Shown here one piece after another: positions 61,108 through 64,000 of a stretch of DNA of 64,000 nucleotides; the first letter of the stretch is position 1; every line of letters begins with the position of its first letter. The stretch covers positions 15,066,001 to 15,130,000 of the forward strand of contig CM102286.1 of assembly GCA_046563655.1 (NCBI GenBank), read 5' to 3'. The notes below the pieces were generated by a model. The model was not told the DNA's origin. It worked only from the letters and a program-made list of their open reading frames with translations, and did no database searches. A program made the translations under genes and the position numbers. The stretch comes from Yuukianura sp. NJ FZ-2021 (lineage: Eukaryota).

Positions 61108-62548
61108 ATGATGAGCAAGGTGTGCTGCGGTTTTTCCCTTCGAGGTGGAGTTAAAATCATTGCTGTCACGGATGTCGTAAGTTACGCTGACTTTAAATAA
61201 AAGTTTACATAAATGTGAAATATTCGTACTGGGGCTTCGCCCAAAACTATCCCAAACGATTTAAATCAAGATTAGACTGAGAAATTCACTAAAATGTAAC
61301 TTCCTTATTCATGGCAAATTGAAATTTTCCAAAATATTGTTTTTCTCAAACACCATCACACCTTCTAACTTTCTGGAGGAGGCATTTGGGAAAAGTGACG
61401 ATTAGGCTGAGAAATTCACTAAAGTGTAACTTCCTTTTTCATGACTAATTGAAATTTTCCAAAATATTGTTTTTCTCAAACACCATCACACCTTCTAACT
61501 TTCTGGAGGAGGCATTTGGGAAAAGTGACGATTAGGCTGAGAAATTCACTAAAGTGTAACTTCCTTTTTCATGACTAATTGAAATTTTCCAAAATATTGT
61601 TTTTCTCAAACACCATCACACCTTCTAACTTTCTACAGGAGGCATTTGGGAAAAGTGACGATTAGGCTGAGAAATTCACTAAAGTGTAACTTCCTTATTC
61701 ATGACAAATTGAAATTTTCCAAAATATTGTTTTTCTCAAACACCATCACACCTTCTAACTTTCTACAGGAGGCATTTGGGAAAAGTGACGATTAGGCTGA
61801 GAAATTCACTAAAGTGAAACTTCGTTGTAGAGTTGTAAATTGTTGTTGTTTTTTCAAACACCATCACATAACTGAAATTTTTCCAAATTTTGAACTAGAG
61901 TTGAGTGAGGTGACGATTACTATAAAGTCTTTTGTATTTTTAGGTTGTAGAACTTGCTACAATGGCGTTCATGATACTGGCAATTGTTCCTCGGGCACAG
62001 CGGCTTTCCCGAGGTCAAAGTTCAGAACACAACCATTACCATGAACATTCCAAAAATAACATGGAAGAAGGGAGAAATGGTAATAAATATTTTTAAGTTT
62101 AAAATTATAAAAATGAAAATTATTTAAAATGTAATTAAAACTATTTGAGACGTGGCCATGATTTCTCTGGAGTCGACGAGTCTCCTCATCCATGTCGTTG
62201 AATTCTGTGTCGTGTACCTCGTGTTCCAAGGAGCTCAACAGGTCACAAATTGTTTAAATACATTTCCTATTAATTAGTAATTAAAATTTGTTAGTTAGTA
62301 ATTGAGGTTTGACTATTTAGAGGAGTATGCCAAAGTCCAGGATTTGGGCGAGGCTGACTGAGGTGCTGACGGGTGTTGACGGGATAGTTTTTGTGACTTC
62401 TATGATTGTAGAATTTAACGTTGGGATGGTCGTGTTTATGCTGCTGGATCTGGGCTACAAGTCATACAGTTGCGCAGTCGTAGAAGCATTCATGAGGGAA
62501 ATCCAGACTTACGAAGTTCCACAAAACGAACGGACAGAACTCAACTAA
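61108..62548 (+). CDS. Small four-TM protein, DUF4728/LAPTM-like, 4 exons
   Basis: Exon 1 MMSKVCCGFSLRGGVKIIAVTDV|gtaag (CC..SLR.G motif), followed by hydrophobic exons ending YSCAVVEAFMREIQ...*. Confidence 0.55.
61270..61870. repeat. 130-bp tandem repeat, about 4.5 copies, intronic
   Basis: Unit starts gattag(a/g)ctgagaaattcactaaa at 61270, 61400, 61530, 61660 and 61790; units are near-identical throughout. Confidence 0.95.
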
Positions 62549-62740
62549 ATTTCATTAGTTTCAAAAATGGAAACACAAAAAAACAGAAGTTTTTGGAAAT
62601 GGCGTTGAAATAAAACATTAAAAACAAGTTAAACCACCAGGAACTTACACTGCCCGTTTAATTTTTGTAATTTTTTGTTGGAAATTTGTTTTAAACTATC
62701 CGATTGCTACAATTGACCTTTGACCTTTGACCTGTGTTGG

Positions 62741-64000
62741 TTAGCTACTGAAGTATTTAGTCATTTTTCCAGTTCCAGTGCCATATTCCTCTGGAGGAAC
62801 ATCGGGATGAAGTGTTTCTGGAGAATAGTAGGAGACTGCATAGACAATTATAAAAAGGAGGAATAGAATGGGGTATGCCAGCCTGGCTACAAACATGACC
62901 TTGTCCCCCAGGGGCAGTGTTTCATAGGTCTGTGTCAAGGTCATACTAGTTGTCCACAGTGGTCGTAGCTCCACCTCCTCAAGGTCACTCTGCACAGGTT
63001 CCACCACTTTCTTGCTCATGACCTTGGACAAGACGCAAAGTAAAAAGGAGGAGAGGGCAAAGGTCAAGCAGACTCCAAGCCACACGTCGATGGCAGTAGT
63101 GTAGGACACTAGTGGGCGCGACCCCTCCGTTGCCATGGTCCCCAGGGTCAAGGTCACCACAGTGACGAAGGAAATGGTCACTCCCGAATTTCGGATCCAC
63201 AGAGCCATGTAAGCAATGATCACAAACATGGTAGAGGGAATGAACATTTTGATCAAGTAGTGCTTGAACTCCCGTTTGAACAGAAAATCTGCACGCAAAC
63301 AACTGTACACTCCTAAAAAACAACAAAAAATGTAGTTTCTTTTTAATTTTACTTTTTTTTATTTCTAGTTACGTTAGTATATGAAGCATTAGTTTTACCT
63401 GCAGGTTTGGATATTTAAAAAGTATAGTTTAAAAAAAAAATTTTTAAATGTGTGCTGACCTGTGACAGTATGTGAGTCGCAGTAGTCTGTGGAATATTGG
63501 CGCAGAGTGAATTGATTCAAGTGTAAATACGGCGTCATCTGAACAGGATTGTCTTTTTTCCATTGGAAAATTATGTGAGCAGTTGTATAAGCATCTGAAA
63601 TTTTACACTTTTTGAATTTAAAAAAATTTGACCTTTGACCTTTAACTTACAACTGGCCAGTCGGAGACTGCATGTTTGTTTGTCAAAAGGAAACAAACGG
63701 AAATCCATTCCACAGAACAGAGTTAGCGACAATCTAAAATCAATAAGGCACGTTATTTCACAATGTAAAATTTTCAAAATTTCAAAATTTGTGTAAATTT
63801 TTGAAATTGTGGTAAACCTTGCACTGTAGAGTATACTTCCGTCTGGAGAAATGCGAAAGTAGGAATTTGGGCCAATGAGGGAGTGGAGGTGGCCATCAAT
63901 TTCGTTACTGAAGAAAACGTCAGGCATCCACATCTCTGTGTGGTCGGATTTCGCTAGACTTATGTACGGCGGACCTTAACAACCAAAAAACTCAAAATTT
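62741..64000 (-). CDS. Cys-loop ligand-gated ion channel subunit, GluCl-like but divergent; 5' end lies beyond the window
   Basis: WMPDVFFSNE, Cys loop CGMDFRLFPFDKQTC, second loop DYCDSHTVTGVYSCL, PLVSYTTAIDVW, four TM segments. Confidence 0.88.

Noticed and set aside
61270..61870. CRISPR-like regular repeat
   Set aside because: Whole units repeat with no unique spacers, there are no cas genes, and the array sits in a eukaryotic intron.

Overview
AT-rich, intron-rich eukaryotic (animal) DNA, not prokaryotic. The gene set (GluCl-type Cys-loop receptor, kraken/SERHL-like hydrolase, DUF4728-like protein, BBS7, CYP2-clan P450) points to an arthropod, possibly a basal hexapod; this is inference only. 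Conserved genes: srGAP, a serine hydrolase, a divergent TFIIE-beta, a sarcoglycan, DBR1, RRP46, MPC2 and BBS7. Main points of interest: (1) an apparently intact, very young, env-bearing Ty3/gypsy element (12184-20451) with identical 128-bp LTRs, a CCAG target duplication, a tRNA-Phe primer site and a G_GGA_AAC plus hairpin gag-pol frameshift signal, nested inside a hAT-type MITE; (2) an intron-containing microbial-type NADP glutamate dehydrogenase (horizontal transfer candidate); (3) a reconstructed 4-exon secreted peptide precursor ending in Gly, which the ORF track shows only in part; (4) a ~13-kb block of lipid-type genes (two lipocalin-like paralogs, a CYP2-clan P450, an HHxxxDG acyltransferase, a highly atypical P450 and an orphan multi-pass membrane protein) that may be a biosynthetic cluster; (5) nested MITEs, tRNA-like intronic elements and a pair of covarying hairpins. 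Gene models were spliced by eye, and family calls rest on recognised motifs, not database searches.
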